From positions 45,942,001 through 46,006,000 of the forward strand of contig OX597820.1 of assembly GCA_951406725.2 (NCBI GenBank): a stretch of DNA of 64,000 bases. The letters run 5' to 3'. The stretch is from Octopus vulgaris (Eukaryota). The stretch's first letter is position 1. Each line of letters opens with the position of its first letter. This document shows positions 1 to 12,249 of this stretch, piece by piece. The translations under genes and the position numbers were made by a program. Under the pieces are notes generated by a model. That model was given only the letters and a program-made list of their open reading frames with translations, did not search any database and was not told the origin of the DNA.

Positions 1-211
1 TGCCATATTAGTATGGCGATAACTATTAATTTCCAGAAACGCTGTCATAATCTCTTTTAAAGAGACCTAGTAATTTTAATATTTCTATTATTGAAAACAA
101 GTGGATGTATTCCACCGTAACTAGGTAAATAGAATCTTCGAACGGAGACGGTCAGTAGCAACACCTGCAGGTCTGACTACGCTGCATTGAGAAGGGACAA
201 CAACCCGGTCA

Positions 212-272
<61 letters not shown>

Positions 273-429
273 GTTGAAATACTAAGAGTAACCACAACAA
301 AAGCAAGAACTGCAATTGTGGCAGAAGCAGTAACAATAGTATGAGCAGTTTCTGCGAGGGTAGCTGCAGTAGCAGGGTTAACAGCAGTGAGCTGCAGTGG
401 AAGCAATTACTGCGACACGACTGAGTATC

Positions 430-744
430 TGTTTCTTTATTACCCACAAGGGGCTAAACATAGAGGGGACAAACAAGGACAGACAAACGGATTAAGTCGA
501 TTACATCGACCCCAGTGCGTAACTGGTACTTAATCCCGAAAGGATGAAAGGCAAAGTCGACCTCGGCGGAATTTGAACTCAGAACGTAACGGCAGACGAA
601 ATACGGCTACGCATTTCGCCCGGCATGCTAACGATTCTGCCAGCTTGCCGCCTTAAATAATATTATTATTCAGGTTATTGCCTGGAATCAAACTCGGAAT
701 CTTAGCCCACGAACTTAACCACAACGCCACATGCCCGTTGCCAA
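430..744 (-). mobile_element. Composite SINE: tRNA-like head plus abundant GCCTTTCATCCTTTCGGGGTCGATAAA-core SINE, flanked by 16-bp TSD
   Basis: gacacgactgagtatc occurs at 414-429 and 745-760. The internal sequence matches the reverse complement of the SINE at 44459-44679 plus a tRNA-like head similar to 10365-10440. Confidence 0.8.
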
Positions 745-759
745 GACACGACTGAGTAT

Positions 760-1400
760 CACTACTGAAAAATCTGTAGTGGTAGCCGCATATGTTCTCG
801 CTGTTTTAAGAAATGCGATTGTGACAGCCATTGCAATGACAGCAGCTGCGATTCTGTGGCTGCAGCAGGAGTAGTAAGAACGTTTTAGGTGTAACAATGT
901 TAGCAGCAATTGCAGCTGTGACAAATGATGCAAAAATAACAACCAGTACTACACCATCGTATGTGACAATGTTGGTAGTAGCTTAAGCAGTCTCAGCTGT
1001 GACAAGCTATGCAAAAATAACAACTGTAACAGCACCAGAGTTCGTAGCAATGTTGGCAGCAGTTGTAATGATAGCGCTGTGACAAAAGCTGTGACAAAAG
1101 CTGTGACAATAACTGCCAGCATCAGTAAACGTAACAATGTTGGTAGCAATTATAGTGGCAACAGTTGTGACAATTGTAACAAAACAAATTCTGACAGCGT
1201 CAGTGAACATAGCAGTATCAACTATAGTTATAGTGACAAATGCTGTGACAACCGCATCAGTAAACGGAGCAATGCTGGTTGTAGTTACAGCGGCTACTGT
1301 TGTGACAGCTTCTGTAACAATACCAGTAGCAGTCAACATAGGAGTGTTGGCATTCATTACAGTGACTAAAGTTGTGACAGCTGTAACATTCACCGCCCCT
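760..1400. repeat. Degenerate low-complexity repeat (gctgtgacaa/gcagt motifs)
   Basis: Recurrent gctgtgacaa units. The Thr/Val/Ala-rich ORFs are a by-product. Confidence 0.6.
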
Positions 1401-1859
1401 TCCCTCAAACAGTAAGGCTGGAAGTGCTTGAATGATATTTATATTTGTTTCAATGGCAGTGTAGTTTAGAAGTTTGTTCCGTAAATCTGTGATTCTGGGT
1501 TTTATTCCACAATGCGCCATTTTGAGCAAGTGTCCTCTTCTACAGCCGTGAAATTTGGCAGACAGAAACTGAGCAGACTCCCCCCGCCCCCCAAAAATAT
1601 ATAAAAAAACAAACCATTAAATATGTTTTTCAAATACGAAGCTTTATAGTGTGTAGCTACCCGTTATATTTATACAAAGGTGATTAAAATGTCGCACCGA
1701 AGTAAATCGTGAAATTATGCAGCCATATTGTACAAATGTAATGACCTCATGTCATTCGTAAGTGTGTCGATTGTTTCACTCTGTAATTCGGACGAGAGCA
1801 ATTGTTGTTTCTGTGAGAACCTTGACAAAGCATTGATAAGAGGAGGAAATAAAGAAAGC

Positions 1860-3310
1860 AAGGCGGTGAGCTGGCAGAAACGTTAGCACACCGGGCGAAA
1901 TGCTTAGCGGTATTTCGTCTGCCGCAACGTTCTGAGTTCAAATTCCGCCGAGGTCGACTTTGCCTTTCATCCTTTCGGGGCCGATAAATTAAGTATCAGT
2001 TACGCCCTGGGTTCGATGTAATCGATTTAAACCGTCTGTCTGTCCTTGTTTGTCCTCTCTGTGTCTAGCCCCTTGTGGGCAGTAAAGAAATAGGTATTTC
2101 GTCTGTCGCTACGTTCTGAGTTCAAATTCCGCCGAGGTCGACTTTGCCTTTCATCCTTTCGGGGTCTATTAAATAAGTACCAGTTACGCACTGGGGTCGA
2201 TATAATCGACTTAATCCGTTTGTCTGTCCTTGTTTGTCCTCTTTGTGTTTAGCCCCTTGTGGGTAGTAAAGAAATAGGTATTTCGTCTGTCTCCGTGTTC
2301 TGAGTTCAAATTCCGCCGAGATTGACTTTGCTTTTCATATTTTCAGGGTCGATAAATTAAGTACCTGTTGCATACTGGGTCGATCTAATCGACAGGCTCC
2401 TTCCCCAAAATATCGAGCCTTATTATGCCTAGAATAGAAAAGAATATAAGGCGGTGAGATTGCAGAATAGTTACGGCAGCGGACAAAATGCTTAGCGGCA
2501 TTTTTTCCGATTTTACTTTCTGAGTTCAAATCCCACTGGAGTACTTTGCCTTTCATCCTTACAAAATCGATTAAACAAGTACCATTTAAGCTCTGGGATC
2601 GATGTAGTCAACTTACTCTCCATCCCCGAAATCGCTGGTCTTGAGCCAAAATTTGAAATCCATGTAAGGTGGCAAGATGGTAGAATCGGTAGCACCCGGA
2701 GGCGCTTCTTCTGGCTCTTTACGTTCTGAGTTCAGATTCCATCCGAGTTCGACATTACCTTTCATCGCTTTTGGGGTTGATGAATTAAGTAGCAATCAAG
2801 TGTTGGGGTTGAATCTTTAGGTACAATACCATCGATGTCGACGGGGAAGGATTAGTCGATCTGCAAAGAGATGAAAGAGGAAGTTTGACTTCGGCAGGAC
2901 TTGAACTTAGATGATTCTGCTAATTCGACATCTTTTAAGAATTGTTTCCTATGTAGGCATTAGGCCAGCAAATTTGAGGAGTAGAAAATAATCGATTCTC
3001 TCAACCTCAGTATTTGACTGGTACGTTACTTTATCAACCCCTAAAGGATGAAAGTCAATGTTGACTTCGATGGGATTTGAACTCAGAATGCTAAGAGCCT
3101 GAACAAATATCACAAGGTATTTTGAAACTCGCTTCAACAATCCAATGATTTTTTTAAGCATTGGCGAAATACAGCACATTTCTTGTTTTGTTAAGGGAGG
3201 GTAAAGTCCTCTAAATTAGACCAAGTACTTGCTAGTACTACATTTTACCAACCACAAAGTCTGATGAAAGGTTAAGATGTCTATCCTGGCAGGATTCGAA
3301 CTCTGAACAA
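1860..3310. mobile_element. Cluster of tandem and degenerate SINE copies (GCCTTTCATCC core family)
   Basis: Head aggcggtgagctggcagaaacgttagc at 1861, followed by repeated bodies ctgagttcaaattccgccgaggtcgactttgcctttcatcc (about 1932, 2117, 2300). Older copies follow in both orientations. Confidence 0.85.
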
Positions 3311-3359
3311 AGCTGGATGAAACTATAATCTATTAACTTGTAGTTTATGTTGCTGTTTC

Positions 3360-4399
3360 GGCGCACATGGCGGAGATGTAACCCGACCCATTCCCCCTTT
3401 AAAAAAAAAATTACGGAATCCCACGTTTTCGGCTAAGGCGATTCCGATTTTGGAAAAAACTTTGCAAAAATCGCAGCTTCAAAATTTCAACATCTGCGAT
3501 GTAGTTGTATGAGTTTTGTTGAGAAGTGTGTTCGGGGAAGATGCTTCAAGACAAAGTTCTGCTCGGTGGTCTGGTTTATGAAGTTGAAATAGATGAGTTT
3601 GCTATTCAAAAGGAAGAGCAAACGTAGGGAGGATAAGTCATCAAACGTGGGTTGTCGGATGTTCTGACACCACTGTGAAGATAGGATTTTTACAGCGCGT
3701 ACCCGACAGAAGCACAGCAACACTGGAAATTTTAAAACTAGAAAATGTGTTGCCTGGTACGGTAATTCATACCGAAAAATGGGCCAGCTATAGAAATTTA
3801 CAGCAACTTGGCTATATTCACCGAACGGTAAACCATTCACATAACTTCGTCGACTTTGAAACCGGCGCTTGCACAAACCACATTGAGGCCAATTGGTCCC
3901 GAATCAAAGACGGTTGAAGCATGTCACTGGATCATCGGGTGATATGAAATGGTCACGCATCGACGAATCTATGTATCGAGAAATGTATAGATTTATGGCG
4001 AAGAAAAATTTCCGGAATTTCTATACATTTCTGAAACACAATGCCGAGGTTTTATCCCGCCTAAATTCCACTGGCACACATAGCTGAGGTTTCAGTTGTA
4101 CAAAAAAACCCCCCATCAAAAACAACAACAAAAAAACCGAACACTTTAATTTCACTTTGTCATAGTATTTCTTTATTATTTTCGCTTTTCTTTTTCAAAA
4201 GAGTTTGCTGTTATTTCTGCACTCATATTTTTTGTAACTTTCAAAACAAACAAAAAAAATTGAAGTTTTGAAGTTGCGATTTTTGCAAATTTTTTTTTCA
4301 GAATCGGAATCTTCATAGCCGAAAAGGTGGGATTCTGTAAAAATAAATATTTTAAAAAAAGGCAGGAGGGGGTCTGGTTACGTCTCCGCCACGTGCGCC
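3360..4399 (+). mobile_element. Merlin (IS1595-like) DNA transposon, internally deleted
   Basis: ~130-bp imperfect TIRs with GG termini (ggcgcacatggcggagatgtaacc / ggttacgtctccgccacgtgcgcc). Imperfect 8-bp flanks gctgtttc/ctggtttc. Internal IS1595-type transposase fragment. Confidence 0.85.
3620..4087 (+). pseudogene. IS1595/Merlin DDE transposase C-terminal fragment (frameshifted)
   Basis: VPDRSTATL..ENVLPGTVIHTEKWASY..LGYIHRTVNHSHNFVD..GACTNHIEANWSRIK matches the DDE_Tnp_IS1595 pattern (SDxWxxY, HxTVNHS, TxxIExxW). Confidence 0.9.
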
Positions 4400-4492
4400 C
4401 TGGTTTCTATAACGAATAATGATTTCAAATTTCGACGAAAGGCCAGTAATTTTAGAGGTACTTGATCCCAGTACATGATTGGTACACATTTT

Positions 4493-5330
4493 GGTACTTC
4501 TTGGTTATCTCACCCTCATTAAGAAAAATTGGGTTATCTTCCTCCACCGTTTATATGAAAAATATCGGTACTTTTGGTTATCTCCCCCACCGCAAAAAGA
4601 TTGTTCAACTCTTAATAAAAAAAAAAAATGAAAAAAATATCAATAAACATGAAAATTTGAAAAAAATTAATAAACGGGAAAACTGATAAAATTAATCATG
4701 TTATTGAATCTAATAACATTTTGGATCTTTTCGGTTTGAACGGCAGTTTTTAACATAATTTCTAGGTAACTAAAACATTTTAAACTTCGTATACTGGTAG
4801 AATGTGTTTATAAAACATCTTTTTCTCTTGGCTTTATTGAGAAAATTCTATAGTTTGTAAGATATTTGTTGTTTTTCTTCTTCAATTTCTGCAATTTCAA
4901 CCAATCAATTACGTCCATTGAGGTAAAAAAAACATTCTGCACCGTATGAATATGTCCCTCGTTTAAGAAACATATTGGGTTTATTTACATTTGTGAAGAA
5001 AGAAAGATACCCTTTCCCCCACCCCTAACTCTAACCCTAACCCTAACTAACCCTAACCCTAAAATAGATTGAAATGCAATAGATCGATACTAGGGTCATA
5101 ATTCTGGATGACAATTTCATATGACACCATTAGAAAAACTGCCGTTCAAACCGAAAAGATCCAACGTTTTTATTACAAATCATATCCTGCCCGCTGAGGA
5201 TACCAAACGTCAACGATGTGTTGAAATATAGAATCAATCTTTTGTTACCACAAGCTCAACTTTTTAGAGGAGAAGTAACCCAACTTTTTAATGGTAATTT
5301 TTAAAGAGGATGAGATAACCAAAAAATACC
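4493..5330. mobile_element. Merlin-like MITE (outer), interrupting a SINE
   Basis: TIR ggtacttcttggttatctcaccctc / gaggatgagataaccaaaaaatacc. 8-bp flanks cacatttt/ctcatttc. SINE sequence resumes after 5338. Confidence 0.65.
4723..5162. mobile_element. Merlin-like MITE (inner) with internal (CCCTAA)n
   Basis: Perfect TIR ggatcttttcggtttgaacggcagttttt / aaaaactgccgttcaaaccgaaaagatcc. 8-bp TSD aacatttt/aacgtttt. ccctaa repeats at 5022-5063. Confidence 0.85.
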
Positions 5331-5561
5331 CTCATTTCATCAATCCTGAAAGAATGAAATGCAAAGTTGACCTCGGCGTGATTTGAACTCGGAACGAAAA
5401 GCGTCGGAAAAAGCGTCGGTAAGCATTTTGTCCGACACTCTGATTCTACTAGTTCACAGACTTTTTTCTGTAGCGAATAATAACAATTGTCAAATTAATA
5501 AACAATCAGCTGTCAGTCTCTTATCGTTCATAACAGTTATATATTGAAATGTCAGCCAGTT

Positions 5562-5643
5562 GACGAGGTGGCCGAGTGGTTAAGGCGATGGACTGCTAAT
5601 CCATTGGGGTCTCCCCGCGTGAGTTCGAATCTCATCCTCGTCG
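5562..5643 (+). tRNA. trnS-GCT: tRNA-Ser (anticodon GCT)
   Basis: GACGAGGTGGCCGAGTGGTTAAGGCGATGGACTGCTAATCCATTGGGGTCTCCCCGCGTGAGTTCGAATCTCATCCTCGTCG has an intact acceptor stem, A/B boxes and a long variable arm. A T5 run follows at about 5655. Confidence 0.97.
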
Positions 5644-6183
5644 AGTGCATGTTGTTTTTGTTTTATATTTTTCGTTTGTCGTAAATTATCCTTTCTTTCC
5701 TGTGTTGAATGCTCTCAACGAAGCGCATGAGAGGGAAATTGAGACAAAGAGAAAAATAAAAACACAGAGAGAAAGAGAGTGAGTGTGTAACAGCTAAGAC
5801 TATATTATTTATATGGTTCCTTTGCAAACGTATGATTCCAGGTTCGAAACTATTTGGCATCACCTTTGGCAGGTGTCTTTCATTGTAGCATCTTGTTAAA
5901 GAAAAATGGTGATTAGACTGTTGGAGGCGAAAACTGGGATAGAAATACGGGTCCGCAATTGTCTCAAGACATGGCCTGTTAATTCCGGAGAATTATCGAA
6001 TACTTGAGATTATCTCCACTTGTCATTTAGAATCGGCTGCAATTATCAATATTCGTATGTTTACTTTCAATAAATTCTAATAGAATTTCTAAATCAAGAA
6101 TTTATATTTCTTTGTTCTCATTATTCAAATTATACTACTGGCCAATCAATTATTTCTTTTAAATATTTTGTTTAATAATCACA

Positions 6184-6345
6184 GGCGCAGCAGTAGCTGT
6201 GTGGTAAGAAGCTCGCTTCATAACCAATGGTTCAGGGTTCAGTCCCACTGCGTGACACCTTAGGTAAGTATCTTCTACTATAGTATCGAGTCGACCAAAG
6301 CCTTGTGAGTGTATTTAGTAGACGGAAACTGAAAGAAGCCCGTCA
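6184..6345 (+). mobile_element. tRNA-derived SINE family 2 (gttcagtcccactgcgtggcaccttgggcaagtgtc)
   Basis: A/B-box head and conserved body. Further copies at 14180-14345(-), 23723-24125(+), 24560-24920(+) and 62660-62820(-). Confidence 0.8.
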
Positions 6346-6676
6346 TATATATATATATATACCCATTTCCTTCCGGTCATTTAATCCTACTTTCAGGGCC
6401 AACAGCTAATGGGACAACAGAGGCTAAGACGACCAGAAATCATATGCGCTTCAGGTTTATTATACTAATTGACCTTCTTCTAGAAGGGAATTCTAACTCT
6501 TCACTTATATAGTTGTCAGGATGCTTGTTATCTCCAAACTGCAAGCCTTACTGGTACTACTGCTTCGAGTTAGCATAGACCTAGGAGCAAGTAGTAGCTA
6601 AGAGGTGGTTCCACACTCTTCAAGACCCTAGAACTCTCGGTCCCACTAACGAATGCAGTTTAAAGTGATATCCAGC

Positions 6677-6760
<84 letters not shown>

Positions 6761-6918
6761 TAAATATATGTTATGAAATCCAAGTGAACTTAATATTCAC
6801 AATATTATTTGACCCTCACTATAGTCATATCATTAGCAAATGCTCTATTGTTATTTTTAAACTTGCTCTAAAATACCAATCTTATTTCAACATACACACT
6901 CGCACGCACACCCACACC

Positions 6919-6982
<64 letters not shown>

Positions 6983-7044
6983 AGCTCTTCTCAAACAGTG
7001 TGCTGCAAAAGGTTTGTTTTTACATGCAACGCTTGTTTTACCTA

Positions 7045-7398
7045 CCGTAAATCCTCGAGTATAATCCGCATTTTCCCCCAAAATTTAAAGGTCAAAATCC
7101 CTAGTGCGTATTATACACGAGGTTAAAAATGAAAATTATTTTCTATGCAATGTTCAAGTCTCTATTTGCTGTCCGGCAATGTTTATTCAGACGCATTTTG
7201 TGATGTCGGGCGCGAAAATACCTTAAATCATCCATAACTTGCAGTAAGCAACATTTATTGAACGTTATTACTGTTATTTCTTTATTTTCTGCAAACAAAA
7301 TGCACAAAAATGCTACACGTTTCCATTATGTTATATATACAATAATAATAAAAGACGTTACCGTATACAGTTTTACAAACCAAGGACGTTATATAGAC
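7045..7398. mobile_element. Left part of pogo/Tc1-type TA-MITE
   Basis: TA|ccgtaaatcctcgagtataatccgc, colinear with the intact copy at 63456-63976. Confidence 0.85.
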
Positions 7399-7521
7399 AA
7401 TGGCCCAGCAACAAAATTTGCTAAGGGGGTGCAAACCCAGGTCCTAATATTTTGATGAAAAATGTGGATTTTTCCAATGTTAACATTAAAACAAATGCAG
7501 GTATAATAATAATTTTTATTA

Positions 7522-8000
7522 TTATGAGGGTCGGCTGAAATGTTCATAATCTGAGCCAGACACTCTCAATGGAATGTGACCAAATGAAGTTCATTTTCTA
7601 ACATAGTTCCTCTTACTGTCCACATACTTCCATTAGTAGTTGCAGTGCTTGGGTCGCACTGGTGAAGAAGCTTTTCTGTTGATCAAAATGGTCATCAACA
7701 ACATATAAGATGTTCTCATCATAGTGATACTGGTGCTCATCTGAGTATTTTTCTATGTTGGGAAATAGATGATAACCAGAAGGAACCAAATCACTAACAT
7801 AGGGAGGATGATTAACCAGTTCAAAGCCAGTCACACACAGCAGCCATTGAAACCAAGGACTTGTGTGCTGAAGCACTGTCCTAATGAAACAAGACCCCAT
7901 TCATCAGTTTTCGTGGTGTTTGGTCTTGATAGCCTTTCATAACTGCCTTAGGAAGTTGGTATTGAAATTTTCCATTGATGGTGTGATCATTTTGAAGACA
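7522..8000 (-). pseudogene. Mariner transposase C-terminal remnant
   Basis: FELVNHPPYVSDLVPSGYHLFPNIEK matches the mariner HPPYSPDLAPSDYHLF motif. A TA-CGAGGG-like end (tatgaggg) lies at about 7522. Confidence 0.85.
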
Positions 8001-8316
8001 ATATTTTTTGCATTAATGCATAGTATATATAATAATGTGAAGTATATTTTGCATACTAACATGTTTAATTTTGGAAATGTATCAAGGAGAGCTAAAATAA
8101 GCAGTAAAATTACAAATTGCAAATATTTCAAAGTGTGGGACACTACATGACAAAAACTAACAAAAAAAGGAAGAAAAGGTGCTTGTGTTCCAAAGGTACA
8201 ATGAGAAGGCTCAAGAGAAGGATAGAGAGATGGGGTAGAGGGAAGGAAGCTAGAAGGAAAGAAAAGAATGAAAAGTGAAAAGATAAACTGGGGATCTGAA
8301 ATGAGTACTAGACAGG

Positions 8317-8510
8317 AAATTGGCCCCTGTGCCGGTGGCACGTAAAAACAGCACCCACTACACTCTCAGAGTGGTTGGCGTTAGGAAGGGCATCCAGCTG
8401 TAGAAACACCGCCAGATCAGACTGGAGCCTGGTGCAGCCTCCTTGCTTCCCAGGCCCCAGTCGAACCATTCAACCTATTCCAGCATGGAAAATGGACATT
8501 AAACAATGAT
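8317..8510 (+). mobile_element. Short interspersed repeat fragment with ggcgttaggaagggcatccagctgtagaaac motif
   Basis: Motif recalled from RTE-associated repeats and SINE tails; not verified. Confidence 0.45.
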
Positions 8511-8999
8511 GTCTTACCTATGCACTGGTCAAGTAAAAAAACGATGAGTGATAAAAAATTGGATTGTCTTTTGGTACCAAAAGAGTGAAGCAAGAGAGTA
8601 GAGAAGGTTAGGGAAGAGCAAGTAGGAAGAAAGATAGAGAGCGCAGAAATAAGGGAATAAAGATAGACAGTAGGTAGTTGACAAAGATGGACAGAGGAAG
8701 AAATGGAAGGTAGTAAAGAGAGGTAGAGAGGTAGATAGATGGGAGAGGAGAAGGACAGAGAAATAGATAGGAAAGAGAGACAGTCTTGCACCAAATATTG
8801 AAGACTGTGTAGGGTACCACTGAGTGGGAACAGAAGTGATTGTGTGATATTACATTGACTAACAGCCATAAAATGTTGCACAGAAAGTCAATACACACAC
8901 ATATATAAGCATGAGGGAAATTGTTGTATACAGTGCTCAGGTGAATTACAACTAAAAAGAAAAAAATGGCCATCAGGTGGAAATTTTGAAGGATGTAGT

Positions 9000-9770
9000 G
9001 AAGTTTTCGACCGACTTTCCAGCAAGTTAGAAAAATCACAGAACTCTCCAAGAAATCCTTGGAAATTTCCAGGAAGTTTCCGACCAATTTCCCTGGAAGT
9101 CGAGAAATCCCCGGAATTTTCCAGGAAACCCCCGGAGAACTCCATGAAATCCTATGATTTTCTAGGAAGTTTACGACCAATTTTCCAGTAAGTTGGAGAA
9201 ATCCCCGGAACTTTCCATGAAATCGTCGGAACTTTCCAGGAAGTTTCCGACCAATTTTCTAGCAAGTTGGGGGGAACCCCAGGAACTTTCCATGAAATCC
9301 TCAGAACTTTCCAGGAAGTATCTGATAAATTTTCCAGGAAGTTGGGGGATCCCAGGAACTTCCAATGAAATCCTCAGAACTTTCCAGGAAGTTTCCTTCC
9401 AATTTCCCTGGAAGTTGGGGGAATACCCGGAACTTTCCATGAAATCACCGGAACTTTTCAGGAAGTTTCCGAACAATTCCCCAGGAAGTTGGGGGATTCC
9501 CGGAACTTTCCATGAAATCCTCGGAATTCCCCATCAAACCTTCGGAACTCTCCAGGAAGTTTCCGGCCTATTTTCTGGGAAGTTAGGGAATCCATGGAAC
9601 TTTCCATGAAATCATCGGAACTTTCCGGTCAATTTTCCAGGAAGTTGGCGTTCCCCGGAACTTTCCATGAAATCCTCGATATTTTCCCGGAAGTTTTCGA
9701 CCAATTTTTCAGGAAGTCATAAAATCCTCGAAACTTTAGAGGAAGTTCCCTACAATTTTTTTGGAAGTAA
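9000..9770. repeat. ~74-bp satellite array (~10 units) built from GGAA/TTCC subrepeats
   Basis: ggaactttccatgaaatc recurs at about 9207, 9282, 9355, 9429 and 9502. Confidence 0.9.
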
Positions 9771-9799
9771 TGATAGTAATGCAGACATTCTAGAGCCTT

Positions 9800-11399
9800 A
9801 ATGTATTTTCAATTAAGTTTTGTTGTTGCTTCTTGACTGGAAGGTGGTCTATGATTGAGTTTTCTAGCAGCTCTTCTCCTCTGAATGCCTCGTCCTTGAA
9901 TGGTTGACTTCTAAGGTAATGTTATAGTTCATCTAATGAGTTTTGGGAGGGTTCTTTTAATGTTTCAAGAGAAGTCTCTTTTATATTTCTTTTAATTTAG
10001 ATAGGTAGTTGAACAGTTGAGGGAACTCTAAATGTCAGAATTTTACGGTATAGTATTTTAGCCCATGATTTCGAAGGTAGTATATTTGCAAGCTTAGAGT
10101 ATATAAATGTTCGGGCATTAAATCTCTCTCCGGTGCCGAAGTTTGGAACATGTCCCTCCACAGTTCTATATTTTAGAGTTGAGGAATTATATACATTATT
10201 TACATTCGATGGATATTTGTCCTCATCTTGTTTGTTGTTAACACAACGTTTCGGCTGATATACCCTCCAGCCTTCTTCAGGTGTCTTGGGGAAATTTCGA
10301 ACCTGTGTTCTCATTCCTAATGTATTTTTCGATGTTATTATTGTTGCTGTTGTTGTTGTTAGTGTTCAGGTCACTGCTGGGAATCGAACTTGGAATCTTG
10401 GGGTTAGTAACCCGCGCTCTTAACCACTACGCCATATGTCCCCCAACAAATTTCCATATGAATGTGATAGTATATATTTCTCTTGGGTGTCAAGAGACTC
10501 AGCGCTTTCAGACATTCTCGGTAAATAAGACTTTTAACTGAAGGTATTTTCCAGTGAACATTCCGTGTAACCCTTCAATTTCTTCTATGAGACCGGATGA
10601 GTTAGAATATTAAAATTGTAAGCATTAATATAAACTGCTCAGAACTAGGTTTTTCCCTAAAAATAAAACTAACTATTGGTTCCCTTGCCATGAATGTTCG
10701 TAGGATGCAGCCTATGAGTTTGCTGCATTTAAAGGTTAGTTTGATAATATGGTTGATGGAAAATGTATCATTTGACATGATTACACCTAAGTCCTATATG
10801 TCATTAGTGCTCTGAATCATTATGTTACCTTGTGTCAAATATTGCGATTTGGGTGAATTCGTTTGCAATGAAGAAGCTGAAATTTTGATGTACTAATTTT
10901 CGTATTTTTTCTGGTTTAGCTCCTAGCCATCGATATTCCCTGATGTATACGACGTATTACAGGTAACTTAGAGAGAAATCCATTTGCTGTAATTGGTTGA
11001 CTCCTACCGTATAGGGAGTTAAAGAACCATTCTCCGACTTTTCCTGTGATACCAAGATTTCTTAAATTATGACTGATGATTCAATGATCAATCTTGTCAA
11101 ACGCCTTAACGATATCAAGGTTTTAACAGTCAATGATATTTCCCCTTAAGAGATTATTAGAGGTAGTGTTTATGATGCTGTAAGAATTGTGACAGGCAAC
11201 TTCGTTCAGTCCGAAACCTATTCCGAGTGTCATCTAAGTTGTTTTCCTCCAGGTATGTTATTACTTTTTGTCTTCGGACAAGGCATTGGATAATTTTAGA
11301 CGTGTAAGATGTGAGGGAAACAGGTCTGTAATTTTTAGCTTTGTAATCTATATAGGTTTTATTGTAGCTTCTTTCAATAGTCTCGGGAATATGGCGGTA
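9800..11399 (-). pseudogene. Decayed non-LTR retrotransposon RT (CR1/L2-like), interrupted
   Basis: The minus strand reads NYRPVSLTS (~11305-11335), an R/SCLSQ-like segment (~11190) and KAFDKIDH (~11085-11110), with an RRAA..SIIDH-like tail near 9850-9890. Many stops. Confidence 0.7.
10241..10284 (-). ncRNA. Minimal type I hammerhead ribozyme motif
   Basis: ACAC-CUGAAGA-A-GGCUGG(AGGGUAUA)UCAGCC-GAAA-CGUU-GUGU, with stems I and II paired and palindromic stem III (AACGUU). Confidence 0.8.
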
Positions 11400-11470
11400 T
11401 CAGAAGTACAGCCCCCTAAAAATCCCCTGTGGATTATACTCAAGGGCGGACTATACTCGAGGATTTACAG
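11400..11470. mobile_element. Right end of the pogo/Tc1-type TA-MITE begun at 7045
   Basis: gtacagccccctaaaaatcccctg...gcggactatactcgaggatttacag|TA matches 63907-63976. Confidence 0.8.
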
Positions 11471-12249
11471 TATATATAATTTGAAGCCTTATAAAATCCA
11501 TACAACTGTTTAAACGTAGTGGCAAACATTAAACGTTGCAAGTAATAGTTTCCTCTAGCATTGTTTTTTACACTTTTAACGTTAACATTTCTCTAAACTT
11601 TCCATGCTGAAGTGTATCAGAAAGTAATAAAAACAAATGGTTAGAAATCGCTGGGTTAACTGAATTAATGCTCTAAATACAACCTGAATGACACTGCAAT
11701 TTGCCTAAGTTCACAAAGGTACGTTCAAGGAGTCTAGAAGAAACCTATCAAGTAGGCACGACTGCCTATGATGGTTTGCAAAGGTTTTGTACCTTTCTCT
11801 CGTATCGGCCAATCTCATTATGCTTGCTTACTAGCCTTATTGAACAAGACGGTCCACATGGAAGTCTCTAGACGTCTGAAGACATCGGCCTTCCAGCGCC
11901 AGTCAGTGTATGGTCAGCTACCAGTCTCAAACATTTCCACTTCCGCTCTTTTGGTCAATCGTTAGCACGCCGGGCGAAATGCTTAGCGGTATTTCGTCTA
12001 CCGCTACATTCTGAGTTCAAATTCCGCCGAGGGCGACCTTGCCTTTCATCCTTTTGGGGTCGATTAAATAAGTACCAGTTACGCACTGGGGGTCGATGTA
12101 ATTGACTTAATCCGTTTGTCTGTCTTTGTTTCTCCTCCCTGTGTTTAGCCCATTGTGGGTAGTAAAGAAATAGATCTTGCTCTCCAGTAATATCTTTCCA
12201 AACCATACAATCGTCAGCATACAACCGATCACATCTCACAGTCCAAACG

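Noticed and set aside
5022-5063. Telomere or chromosome-end signal
   Set aside because: Short degenerate CCCTAA run inside a TIR-bounded MITE.
8608-9609. Repetitive ORFs over the satellite, and possible CRISPR-like periodicity
   Set aside because: Tandem satellite without unique spacers, in a eukaryotic context with no cas genes.
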